Assembly: GCA_032718475.1 (NCBI GenBank)
Contig: JAUCBJ010007180.1
Coordinates: 18,159 to 82,158 of the forward strand
DNA: 64,000 nucleotides
Source of the DNA: Nemertoderma westbladi
Lineage: Eukaryota > Animalia > Xenacoelomorpha
Direction of reading: 5' to 3'
A program made the translations under genes and the position numbers. The notes beneath the pieces are model-generated. The model worked only from the letters and a program-made list of their open reading frames with translations, did no database searches and had not been told where the DNA came from. Shown in pieces: positions 47,952 to 59,113 of this stretch; position 1 is the first letter of the stretch, and each line of letters starts with the position of its first letter.

Positions 47952-49727
47952 ATGGAGAACATTCCATACCCTTTCGTTGATACTCAGCTGATTGCTCCCT
48001 GGGCAGAAGGCCGAGGTTTCTTCCGCACTATGTATGCCAATACACCCAGCGGCATTACCAAAGTACAACAAACCTCCATCGGACATCTTGCCTTTCAAGA
48101 ATACGGATGGAATTTCAAGGTTGGAAATCCTATAAATTACCAACAAGTATATGGAGATCATTATTCTCGTTTATACTTTGATGGACCATTGACCGCACCT
48201 GGCGCTGTGTATAGCTTTATGAGTGTTCCACTTCGTCCCTCCTTAGCTATATACACGATCTTTGAAAACGCAGCACTTGCCGGTTGGCATGCCGATGTGT
48301 GCAGTCGTACCATACGCGCCCATCCATTAATACTTGGAACCAAGCTCGCCAAGTTAGATGAACACAATAAATTCATCCGCTTCGAATGTTTCAGGCGCTT
48401 TCTGACTCCGTTCCGTAACGTTGATAGTCAGTTCAAGGACCGCGCTCTGACCAAACTCAGCCTAAGGGACTCAGCTGCGGAGAAGCTAAACAGCGCGGGA
48501 TTTGCTCTCTTTCAGGACGTTTGTATACAGAACTTACATTCATCTGTTATACAAAGACCCCGAATACCCACAGGTTATTCTGTCGTGGAAGTTCAGACAG
48601 TGGGTCCGCTTGCGGAGACAGCCGCACCTACCTCAGCTATGCAATTGGAAGACGAACCAATATGCTTAGAACCTGAAGCGATCCAGCCTACAGCGCCCCG
48701 GAGCAGCGATAACGACTACGTCTTAGAGTGGTATCAAGGTCCACAATGTCTTACCGCATACGATTATCGACACGCTAACTATGTTTCTCGAAAACGTTGT
48801 CGATTATGCGCATCGAGAGACCATTTCACCCCTATGGACTCAGACGTACCCTGCTCCTATTTCCACGAACAACCGATGATGGAGATATATTGTGCGTATT
48901 GCAGACTTAATAACTCTCATATTTTTGCAGTCTGCCCCCAATTTATGACTCAATGCCACCACTGTCAACTTAAAGGACATGCCAGTTATAATTGCCCCTT
49001 TAATCGCGATTTAGAGAGCGTAGATGAGATGATTACCCTGTGCTACATCCGAGCTTGGGAAGCGAACGCGCATTTGCATTGTGAGTCCCGCCATCGCTAC
49101 TACCCTGGACGCTCTTACGAGGGAGTTTACGCGTTCCATCCTTATTTATTCGCGTCTGTGGAACAAAAAACACGCACACCGAGTTACGAACTAATGAAGC
49201 GTGTTGGTGAGTGTATTTCCACCAAATTTGTTCGAAAATACCTTAGGAACGTCAATCCTAACGATATTACTTCATACCATTTGATCAATTACATCCGTCA
49301 AGACCCTGAGTATGGCGATTTATTTATCAACTCGCACCCTGAGTTACAGGAAGTATCTCGACGGCCCTACGAATATCGAGCCCGAGAACGCGAGCTGGAA
49401 AGAACCATTAAACCAAGGAAGTTTCTCACCACTCACGGTCCGCCTACCGCCGTTGTCCAGACGACCCGTCAAGGACCCGTAGGAGCTGCTGTCCTAAGAC
49501 GCGCCCTAAAGGCCGTTAGACCTCGCTCCACTGAAGTTGATATCGATCAACCAGGTACCTCAACCGGTGGATACACCGATCGTAATCCTAAACCTTCTGA
49601 TGCAATTGTATTGCACCCTTCACCCAGGAGTTACAGCCCTCCTAGTAAAGTGGCTCGCCCCAAAGAGAAAAGGACTCTTGCTAGCCTCAAAAAACTGCGT
49701 AAACGCCGTCCGCGTAAGAAAGACTAA
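47952..49727 (+). CDS. Element A accessory ORF3b, 591 aa, zinc-knuckle protein with basic C-terminus
   Basis: Uninterrupted ORF with CRLCASRDH(x9)C, CAYCRLNNSHIFAVC and CHHCQLKGHASYNC (CX2CX4HX4C), ending KKLRKRRPRKKD. The C-terminal ~200 aa are conserved in B with many synonymous changes. No signal peptide or TM segment. Confidence 0.88.
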   Translation: MENIPYPFVDTQLIAPWAEGRGFFRTMYANTPSGITKVQQTSIGHLAFQEYGWNFKVGNPINYQQVYGDHYSRLYFDGPLTAPGAVYSFMSVPLRPSLAIYTIFENAALAGWHADVCSRTIRAHPLILGTKLAKLDEHNKFIRFECFRRFLTPFRNVDSQFKDRALTKLSLRDSAAEKLNSAGFALFQDVCIQNLHSSVIQRPRIPTGYSVVEVQTVGPLAETAAPTSAMQLEDEPICLEPEAIQPTAPRSSDNDYVLEWYQGPQCLTAYDYRHANYVSRKRCRLCASRDHFTPMDSDVPCSYFHEQPMMEIYCAYCRLNNSHIFAVCPQFMTQCHHCQLKGHASYNCPFNRDLESVDEMITLCYIRAWEANAHLHCESRHRYYPGRSYEGVYAFHPYLFASVEQKTRTPSYELMKRVGECISTKFVRKYLRNVNPNDITSYHLINYIRQDPEYGDLFINSHPELQEVSRRPYEYRARERELERTIKPRKFLTTHGPPTAVVQTTRQGPVGAAVLRRALKAVRPRSTEVDIDQPGTSTGGYTDRNPKPSDAIVLHPSPRSYSPPSKVARPKEKRTLASLKKLRKRRPRKKD

Positions 49728-49805
49728 CTGTTTAGAGTATTTTTATAAATTTTTATTTTTAGAAACTGTGATTTGTTATATTTTATAGACTAAAATCCCA
49801 TTTTC

Positions 49806-49814
49806 TGGGAGCGG
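49806..49814 (+). promoter_or_regulatory. Short polypurine tract of A
   Basis: TGGGAGCGG immediately before the 3' LTR, identical in B; overlaps a small TCCCA/TGGGA hairpin. Confidence 0.7.
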
Positions 49815-50959
49815 TGTAAAGGCTTTTGCGTAATTAGCCGGTTATTTTCCCCGTAAAGTACTCTGTAGTTGGTTTAACAGGCATAAAAGGCCGTGTCCTT
49901 ACTGTATTGTTGTTTTAGAGGACATAAAAGTAATTTCTTCTGTATGTGTACTTTAGCGGACATAATCCGCAATTTTATGACGCAATAAGCCGGATCCTCT
50001 TGAAACAGTGTAGCTACCATGACGACGGCTAACAGCTGATATTGCCACGTAGAACATCTCTTTGTTCTTTGTTCTCTCTTTGATCGGTCGACCAATCAGA
50101 GCGTTTTTTGCCTCTGTGTTAGATGGTAGATAGAAACTCTTGGAGTTGAGTCAGTATGTGATTTTTCCACAGCCTACAACACCGGCGTGGAACCTCCGTG
50201 TTTCAGTCTTTAGTTCAACATTAGTAGGCTTAATTATAGAACGTATATCCGTTATCAAACCAACTAACTTACTCACTGATCATATCAATTCTTAACATTA
50301 CTGCTTTGCTGTCGGTTATTCATTATATTTGTTGATGTAACATTATATTTGGAATACTGATAAACAATCAGACACCCCAATCTTCTTGATATACTAAAGG
50401 TTAGAGAGACCGGATACATATAACGATTGCGACTTACATTAAGTGGTTTGAAGTGAATCTAATGCTATTTTATAGGCCCTACACGTATTGTCTGTTGTTC
50501 TCCTTATATGTGACTAAAATTAGTGAAGGTCGGCAGATTAGTGTGCACATTGTGCAGTATTGTGTATGATTGTGATTGATAACGAAGCATCTCCTAAAGA
50601 ATGCGCCATATACGTGAATCTATAGCCATCCCGTTGTGTCTGGTTTAAGTCATAACTCTGTTTATATATTTAAAGCGCCACGTCCTAAAGGAACTGTTAA
50701 TATTTCCCGAAAGTGAATAATATTTGTCAGAGATTATATATACTAAGATCAGTCGAATAATACAGTAGGCCTATCCCGCAATACGATTAGGCTTCCGAAT
50801 CCAGTCTCCCGGGTATATCCAGCGGGTGAATGATCGCGCATAGACTGGTTTCGGCTAATGTAGTGTATCAAATATTTGTCGTAGGCTAAAGACTATCTAT
50901 TATCTAGAAGACATCCTAATTTGGCAGGTTAAACTGCTAAAGGTCTGAAAGCGCGAACA
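49815..50959 (+). repeat. 3' LTR of element A (1145 bp)
   Basis: Near-identical to 15527-16672. Confidence 0.97.
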
Positions 50960-51352
50960 ATATGGGATTCCTGATGAAATCATTGCAGCAATCATATCAG
51001 TATACGATGGTTCGACAACATTTGTGTCTACTGTTGACGGTGACACAGAACCATTTGAAGTGTTATGGGGCGTCCTCCAGAAAGACACACTTGCACCATT
51101 CTTGTTCATAATTGTTGTTGACTATGTTCTACGCATGTCCTTAGATCATCATAATGATGATGGGGTGATGATAACTCCACCTACTGGCTCCAGAAGTCGA
51201 GGAAATCCTGCCAAGTACCTAACTGATCTAGACTTTGCTGATGACTTAGGAGTACTCTCACAATCACTAGAGGGAGCCCAACGGCTCCTCAGCTCATTAG
51301 AACATGCTGCTTCTAGTGTGTTCTAGTGTTCTAGAACTGCCGATCCTAGTAG
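50960..51352 (+). pseudogene. RTE-type LINE RT, 3' part, internally deleted, with family 3' tail
   Basis: YGIPDEII...GVLQKDTLAPFLF...LDFADDL. After a TTCTAGTGTG stutter it jumps to TGCCGATCCTAGTAGT, the same 3' end as the RTE copies at 12415 and 60204. Confidence 0.88.
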
Positions 51353-52559
51353 TGTGGTTACACAGTGAAAACAAGCTGGATGAGTCTGCCTGAACATGAG
51401 TAGGGTATCAAGTTTTGCCGTACAGCTGTAGGTACCTGAGGTAGATAGCGAGTCTGTAGGTAGCGGCTTCCGAGATTTCAGAAATGGCTAAGTTGACAGT
51501 CTGAGTGTCAGACTGTGCTGGATGTGAGTTCTAAGATATCCCACCGCTGCCACCACGCCAATGTAGAAGGAAGCTAAGAATGATATATGTATCAGTATAT
51601 GATAATATAATAACAGAGAAGCTATATGGTAGGGATCGGTAAAAGTGTGTTATGCACATGCAGACTAAGAGTGCCGGTTGGACAGGCATGGCCTACAGTC
51701 AATCCCAAGAGGGTAGGTAGCGCAATAGTGCTGCGCGGACTGGCGCAGGCAGAACCCCGCGGCAACCCTTCATACTCCTACAGGCACGTCATTGGTACGG
51801 TACTCCAGGTACGTTATTGGTTCATTTGGATAATAAATACATAATAGGAGAGGAGCCCTACCATTTATAAGTATTAGACCTACCTACAGACAGCGACTGA
51901 ATTTATTCAGCACGTGATTCATATTTGTAAAATGTACACCAATCGTAGTAAAATAGTATAAAATTTAGGGTCAGCCTGATTATTTTACCGTATATTTTGA
52001 TCAACACACACGCCTTTTTGAAATTATTCATACCTCACAAAAAACATTATTTGTCTTATATCCGCGACCTTTGTACCTTGTACGCTAGTAGGAATTTAGC
52101 TAGCAACCCCACCCCATATAAATCACACCGCGGCAAGGTATACGAGCGCATATAGTCCGTCAACCTGTCAGCACCATTAGTTAGGATTCGCTGCGCGGGG
52201 TTTTGTTTTGACTAGTTCCTCTTCCTGTACGTTCGTAGACAACCAGTATAATTATTTAGAGTTTACTGTTTTTACCAAAGGTAATAGTACGTTGGACTTG
52301 TTCTCACTAATAAACTATTTGTTTGCAAGAATAAAGTAACAAATTTATTCTTAATTTTTACCTTCTCGCTCGAATATACCTCAAAATCGGTAGAAAAATT
52401 TGTAGGGTACTTTTTCCCTTTGGAAAAAAGTAGGATTGCATGAACACAGTGTGTTTAAAAAATACCCACCCGAAATGTTTTTTCAGAACAACCACATGCA
52501 CTAGTTATTTAAAAAAAAAAATTTAAAATATTTGACCGGGCTATTGTCTTTTAATTAAC

Positions 52560-53340
52560 AATTATAAATTATTAAATTATTATAATTATATTAATTATAT
52601 TAATTATATTATAAAACTTTAAAAAAATTACCAATTCAAAATTGCGATTTATTTGCAGTCTGCATGTTTTAGTTTAAATTTAGCTTGAACTAACATATTT
52701 CATCGGGCTATTGGCCATTAATACACAATAATTTAATGGCTCATATTGAAATATGTAGTCGCAAATAGAATAATTTGAAATTTCGCCGAAAATATTACTT
52801 CCATTGATACCACAGACTCAAATGTAGTACCATTGAACAGCAATCATCGATTTAGTTTTGGGCGAAACCTCCAAAAAAAGAGTAGAGCGGTTAGTTATCG
52901 AGATATTTCACAAAAGGTGCACATATAGAGTTATGTGTACAAAAGGCGCATAGTGAGCCTAAAGTAGGCCCCCCTACACCTTTTATACAATATCTCGAGA
53001 AATAAGCGCTCTAGTCTTATTCTGATGGTTTCTACCCCAACTAAATCGATGATTGTGGTTCGAATGGTTCTATGTTTGAGTCTGTGGGATCAATAGAAAT
53101 ACTATTTTCGGCGAAATTTCAAATTATTCTGTTTGCGGCTCTACATGTTTCAATATGAGCCATTAAATTATTGTGTATTAATGGCCAATATCCCGATGAA
53201 ATATGTTAGATCAAGCTAAATTTAAACTAAAATATCGTGCATACTGCAAGTAAATCGAAATTTTGAACGTGTAATTTTTTTAACGTTTTATAATATTATC
53301 AATATAATTGTAATAATTTAATTTATTTATTTATTTTGTT
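52560..53340. repeat. Large fold-back inverted repeat (~350-bp arms, ~80-bp spacer)
   Basis: TATTGGCCATTAATACACAATAATTTAATGGCTCATATTGAAA (~52709) pairs with TTTCAATATGAGCCATTAAATTATTGTGTATTAATGGCCAATA (~53148). The arms align from ~52560-52908 to ~52988-53340. Confidence 0.9.
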
Positions 53341-53634
53341 TATTTTTAATTTATTTAATTTATTTAATATATTATTTAATTTATTAAAAAGTAAAATATA
53401 TGTATTTACTGTACGGTAAATAAAATATGATTAATTTACTGTTCATCCGATATTGCACCAATGTCTAGTTAAATAATACTTACCTACAGTACTTAGGGGT
53501 GCATTAATGTATGCCAAAATTAAGAATTTTAAAAAATTATTGTCTGTTCGAGAATGGATTATATATGGATTGGATGGAGATAATATGCCTACATGAAGTA
53601 GCCTGCATTAATCTGTGTATCTACTGTGGCCGTG

Positions 53635-53728
53635 TAGGCCTAAGTACGGCTGAAGTACAGCAGAAGTACGCCCGAATTATGGCCGAAGTACGCATGAAGT
53701 ACGGCCGACGTACGCCCGAAGTACGGTA
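53635..53728. repeat. Degenerate 11-bp minisatellite (GAAGTACGGCC-like)
   Basis: About 8 tandem variants of GAAGTACG(G/C)C. Confidence 0.75.
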
Positions 53729-54766
53729 TTAGTTTACATAAAATTTTCCCGTGACAGTTGTTTGACTCCGTACCATGGGCTCGAATGTCGCCGTTTCATT
53801 GGGCCCCTCGCCTCCCTCGACCTGCCGCAGGCTGGCGGTGTTGGTACGTATGTTGGAGACTAGTTGGTGTTTTGGCCCGATATCGTTCTGTGACTGCCTC
53901 GCAAACTGTGATATCTTGGGTCCCTGTCTGACTGTTTCTACCAACCGTCCCGTGTGATGATCTTCAACTCCTGGGTTGCTTTGGCATATTCATCTTTAGT
54001 TATTGAGTTTGTGGTTTATATTTTGTATCTATAATACAAAATGTATCACCCACTGTGGGTTGAGATGTCAACTTGCTGCCCTGCTGGGTTGGGTTCGGAC
54101 TACTAACTATACGTCTCAAATTCAAGCAATATAATAAAAGATATGTACAACAATTTGGGAGGGGGTTGTCCGTATCATGAGAAAGTTACACTATAGAACG
54201 ACTCATGGTGTAGGTAAATTATATATTATAATTTTTAATATAGGGTGAGTGAGGGAGACTTGACTTTAGGGGAGACATGATTTTTTGATATAACTCACAC
54301 ACGACCTATTACGCCTATAACTTATTTTATTTTACAAAACATTCAAATAGTGTTTAAGATAAGCCTACATGTAGAAAACACCCGAAAAACGTTAATTTTT
54401 GTTATCTATTGTTTATTTTCCGTTTTATTGTCAATAAACATTTTGAGGATGCAAAAGTAAATTTGTCCCCTTTGCAACAAACCCATGAATTTTTTCGTAA
54501 AAACTTTTTCCATTGAGATTGAAAATTGTGAAATCTCGTAGCTAAATAAAAATGGAAAATTTTATATTTTCCGTAGATTTTAAGTGGGTTGGAGTGAGGG
54601 CTGGCATACAACTATACCAGGGGTATTCTTTTAGACAACAGATTACTGTCCAGTATAAATAGGGTTAATATTCCGATAATCTAAAACAAATCAGTCATAA
54701 CTACGCAGTATGAGTTGAAAGCATGAGTTGAGACACCGGCAGGTTGAGTTTCGCTGGGAAGTCAGT

Positions 54767-54993
54767 CTAAAGAACCAGAGTGAGGCCAGCTGCAGTCATT
54801 ATGACGACAAAGGGGATGACCAGGTTGTTGCCATCATTGTTGCTTGTTGGGTTGACCGGGTTGTCATTGTTGCTAGTTGGTTTGTCAAGGTTCTTGTCAT
54901 CTATGATGCTAGTTATCGAAGCGACGTCCGGGTTGCATTTAGCAGCATCGCAGCAGTATCTGACGCAGTCGGCGTTTTCCTCTACTTCTTTGA
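54767..54993 (-). CDS. Terminal exon of a probable GPI-anchored Ly6/three-finger protein, paralog 2
   Basis: Acceptor CATTTACAG (AG at 54995-54994), phase 1: KEVEENADCVRYCCDAAKCNPDVASITSIIDDKNLDKPTSNNDNPVNPTSNNDGNNLVIPFVVIMTAAGLTLVL-stop. Frame, cysteines and stop are conserved with 13453-13820. Confidence 0.7.
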
Positions 54994-55661
54994 CTGTAAA
55001 TGATGAAACGAATGTAATTTGATGTACAGTAGTTGAGGTTTAACAAAATAATAGTTTTTATTATAATTACCCCAATTTAACATACGGATATGGATTTAAC
55101 AAGGTGTAGTAAAATAAATTAAGTCTATAGTACTGGAGGTATTTAGGTTAATCTTGTATATAATATTATTGGAGTATTAAGAGGGGTATAATATTGTGTG
55201 AGTAAGTAATTAAGGAGGGCAGGGGTTTCAAGTAAGCAAACAGAGGATGAAAGAACTAAACCTACTGTAGTACTGTATGATATATGGAATATGACTGTGT
55301 GTTAGTATCAACACGGCAAGGCCGTGAAATTATCTTGGTGGAAGGTTGTGTACAGTAAATCCCCGTTCACGTCCAACGGTGCGTGAGCGGTAAAGTAGTC
55401 TGGCGGTATTGAAGCGGTAAGCCAGCGGTACACTACCCGGAGCCCGTTCACACCAACGGTACCGTTGCGGTAACTGATTGTCTATCTATTGGACTGTGAA
55501 TTCAACAGGAAATTACATTAATTGTTTTAACATTGTTTAAATGGGCTGCGGTATACTGCGCGGTTCAGCGCACAACTACCTGTTGGGTCGTTCACAGTCA
55601 CCAGTGTACCGCGTAACCGGACTACTACGGCTAAACGGAGACTAACGACCTTTATAACTTA

Positions 55662-55957
55662 AGGCCATGATACACCACAGGAGCGGCGAGCGGCAGCGGC
55701 GAGCGGCAGCGGCGAGCGGCAGCGGCGAGCGGCAGCGGCGAGCGGCAGCGGCGAGCGGCAGCGGCGAGCGGCCGCAGCAAGCGGCCACTTTTTAAAAATA
55801 GAACACATTATTTTCTATGGGTGATGATACATCACAAATGGGTGCTGCCACTCACCGCTCCTATAGTTTATCATACTAAAAGTCGCCGCTCACATCGGCC
55901 GCTCGCTGCGGCCGCCTGCCGCTGCCGCTCGCCGCTCCTGTGGTGTAATCATGGCCT
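55662..55957. mobile_element. PIF/Harbinger (Tourist-like) MITE with internal 13-bp minisatellite
   Basis: TIRs AGGCCATGATACACCACAGGAGCGGCGAGCGGCAGCGGC and GCCGCTGCCGCTCGCCGCTCCTGTGGTGTAATCATGGCCT, TTA on both sides, and (GAGCGGCAGCGGC)n at ~55688-55772. Confidence 0.88.
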
Positions 55958-56934
55958 TTAGCAAAGTCTCCAAACTGTGAGAGTAATTGCTGATTTATGT
56001 CAGATGGATACTCGTATCCACTGTAAACTCGTTGCGTTCGTTCGTTTTTTACCAAAATTCCATTTCTTTCTAAACTTTAGCCGGACTAAATACGTACCAA
56101 GTTTCGTTTAATTTCATCAAGGAATAACCGAGTTGTTAGCGATAAAAAATTTGCGACAACGACGACGACGACAGGCAACTCGTTAATGGCACCCATATGC
56201 TAAGGCTTCGCTCACTTCGTGGCTCGCCCAACAATGTACCCGGTTGGTTTGTGTGGGTAAAAGGGATTATTGGATTGAGGGGGGGGGGGGGGGTTGCCAA
56301 CAGCACTCACAGCTTAGAGTGAGGTAACTGACATTTTGGATGTAAAGGTGAAGGTGTTAATATTAGATCAGTCATGTGTAGTGACGATTATTGCCAATAT
56401 CATGGCGTATTTTATGTTGTGGTTTTGATATAGAATTTATTCACCTCTTCCTAATAATTATTAGTACTTTATTATTGTATATTATTGGATTTACGTTATT
56501 CGCACCATGGCATGCGTACGTACGTGCAGTAACTTCCATTGGTGAGAAATAGTAGTTATTGTTCTAGTAGTTATCAATATATTGCAAGTCAAACTGAACC
56601 TTCTTATTTATGACACTGATTCCGGGTCTACTACATATCCTCGACCGGCCACAGGTTGACCGACAGCAGGTTCCCTGAACGAAACCAGATAGGATATGTA
56701 TAACGTAACTTAAATTAGTGAACCAGGGAAAATCTCAGCTGTGAGGAAGTATATTTTGGGTAAGATAAAGGGAGGTGAACTCGACCTAAAATTTACAGTA
56801 TGAGGTCTGGTGTAGTAGGTGTAGGAGGTGGGGTGGGGGAGGGGGGAAGTAAAAAAGTACTGTATCTTTTTAATTTTGTATTGTATGTTATCTTTGTACA
56901 AATTTAAACTAGCTAGTTTTTGTTTCATTTTTAA

Positions 56935-58358
56935 CCTTCTATCTCCCAGTGTTCCCAATTGGGAGCATTTTTTAAAATTCAACTGGAGAAAATATAATAT
57001 AAGCTTCTATTACTTTTTTTAATGTTAATACGTTTAGGAAGAGTGGAATATTGTATTTTATTATCAACTTCAGCTATCAGTGTTTACTATCAATGTTTAC
57101 GTTGATCAACTATCAGTGTTTACAAACTACAAGTTGGTCTTTTGGCATGCCAAATTATGCCAGAGATTATGCCATTAGACTTTTAAATAATATGACATTA
57201 TTATTTGAAAAAAAACAATTCGGAAAAACGACCATCTTGTGCCAAATTACTCCCTTTAAAAATTAATGTTCCCATTTGGGAACACTGGTAAGAAAATAGA
57301 ATATCAAAAATTAGAAAATAATTGTACTCGATTTATTACTCTAAAAAATTGTTTAAAATTACATAACATATTTGTATGTATGTATTTGTGTCCTGCTGTA
57401 TCAAAAAAGACCAACTATTGTCCCATTTGGGAACACTATATGGGAACGTATTTCTGCTGTAAAGTAATATAGTAAAATTGAAACAAATACTGTTGGACTA
57501 TTGATGTAGGTAGGACGAATACAATTTGTATAGCCGAAATAAAACGTATTAAGCAATTTTTTGTCCCATTTGGAAACATTGGTAAAATACCATTTCGCAC
57601 AAAGTGTTACTTTATTAGGCTAACACTTTACTAGAACTTCAGTTTATCAGTAGGGTGTATAGGCTCAGTTCAGGACTCGAAAAAAGACCTAATGGAGCGC
57701 AGTAGGGCGTGTTGGCTGGCTCAGGACGCGAGAATATATCTAATCCAGCGCAGTAGAGGGTGTGTTGGTTCGGCTCAGGACGTGAGAACAGATCTAATGC
57801 GGCGCAGTAGGGCGTGTTGGCTTCGGCTCAGGACGCGAGAATATATCTAATCCAGCGCAGTAGGGCGTGTTGGCTCGGCAGGGTGTGTTGGTTCGGCTCA
57901 GGACGTGAGAATAGATCTAATTCAGCGCAGTATGGCGTGTTGCTTCGGCTCAGGACGCGAGAATATATCTAATGCAGCGCAGTAGGACGTGTTGGCTCGG
58001 CTCAGGACCGCGAAAATAGATCTAATGGAGCGCAGCAGGGCGTTTTGGCTCGGCTCAGGACGCGAGAATAGATCTAATGCAGCGCAGTAGGACGTGTTGG
58101 CTCGGCTCAGGACGCGAAAATAGATCTAAGGGAGCACAGTGTTCCCAAATGGGACTGACCTGATTTTATTAGTTAAATATAATTTCGACCAATGCATCTC
58201 CCTAAATTGTTTACTAAATCAATTCAAACAAAATTTGAGAAAACTAACAAGCGCAATGGAATAATTTTTTTTACAAAGTTTAAGTTAACTCGATTTGAAA
58301 CTGTTTCGAAAATTTTATCAAATTTTCTCAGATTTAAAGAGGGTTGGGAAATAGAAGG
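56935..58358. mobile_element. Non-autonomous piggyBac-like element
   Basis: TTAA|CCTTCTATCTCCCA ... TGGGAAATAGAAGG|TTAA, with repeated internal palindromic motif TGTTCCCA(A/T)(A/T)TGGGA. Confidence 0.8.
57662..58138. repeat. ~50-bp minisatellite (~9 copies) inside the piggyBac-like element
   Basis: GGCTCAGGACGCGAGAATAGATCTAATGCAGCGCAGTAGGGCGTGTTGGCTC repeated head-to-tail with variants. Confidence 0.93.
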
Positions 58359-59113
58359 TTAAAAAAATGTTCTAGAGCATATCATCTATTCATTTAATAT
58401 AAAATTTTGTTCTAGAACAAATATTATAGAACAAATATCATTTTTTTTCTAGAATTTTGTGTAAGAAAGGGTGACAAATTTTCAGATTTGATTTTGTTTA
58501 AAATACTAGCTATATCGTAATTAATTGTTGCCACAAAATTACGATTTATAATAATAAACTTAATTTCTGAATTTCTTATACTGTACTGCAGAAAAATTTT
58601 AGCTACTTAACTCAGTAATAAAGGAATTAAAAAGAATAAACTTATTAATTTATTTTATTTTATTTCATAGTAAAAAAACGTCACTTAACAAACAAAAACA
58701 ATAAAACACTGTACGAATGAGTTAGACATGAGTTTAAAATGCTCGATTAAATTGATAAACAATACTACAATACTGCCATACTATATATGATCTGCATGCT
58801 GACTGAAGATTAGGCCTACATTATAGTTCAGCTTTCGACAACGAATTCCTAATCGGCGAATTTGGTAGAATTTAATACATAATAGAATAGTAAGTAGCAA
58901 GCTTTCGACACTCATCAACGTGAAGTAGTCCTGCGGACTAACGGGTGCTGGCTGCTCATCTACGACTCCCAACTTTGGAGTCCGACAAAGCAATCCGGAC
59001 GAGACCAGAACACCATTCCTCCACTCATCTACTCTTCCACTCTTGTCGTCTATTCAGTTTGGGTTCGTGGCATAGGCCCAAATTGTCTGTCTATATAATT
59101 TTTCAATTTTAAT

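Larger units (their letters stand above)
15527..50959 (+). mobile_element. BEL/Pao LTR retrotransposon, element A (~17.3 kb after removing nested inserts)
   Basis: Two TG...CA LTRs, 5-bp TSD ATATG (15522-15526 and 50960-50964), and Gag-PR-RT-RH-IN order with BEL/Pao motifs. Confidence 0.97.
54657..56400. repeat. Segmental duplicate of ~13337-15180 (with different MITE insertions)
   Basis: Colinear similarity 13337-14176 vs 54657-55359 and ~14790-15180 vs ~56025-56397. Confidence 0.92.

Noticed and set aside
47952-49727. env gene or nanos-type zinc finger
   Set aside because: No signal peptide or transmembrane helix, and the Cys/His spacing matches knuckles rather than the nanos pattern.
52079-52341. 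Possible solo LTR (TGTACG...AATAAAGTAACA)
   Set aside because: No TSD and no second copy in the window.
57662-58138. CRISPR-like array
   Set aside because: Whole units repeat head-to-tail with no unique spacers, there are no cas genes, and the context is eukaryotic.
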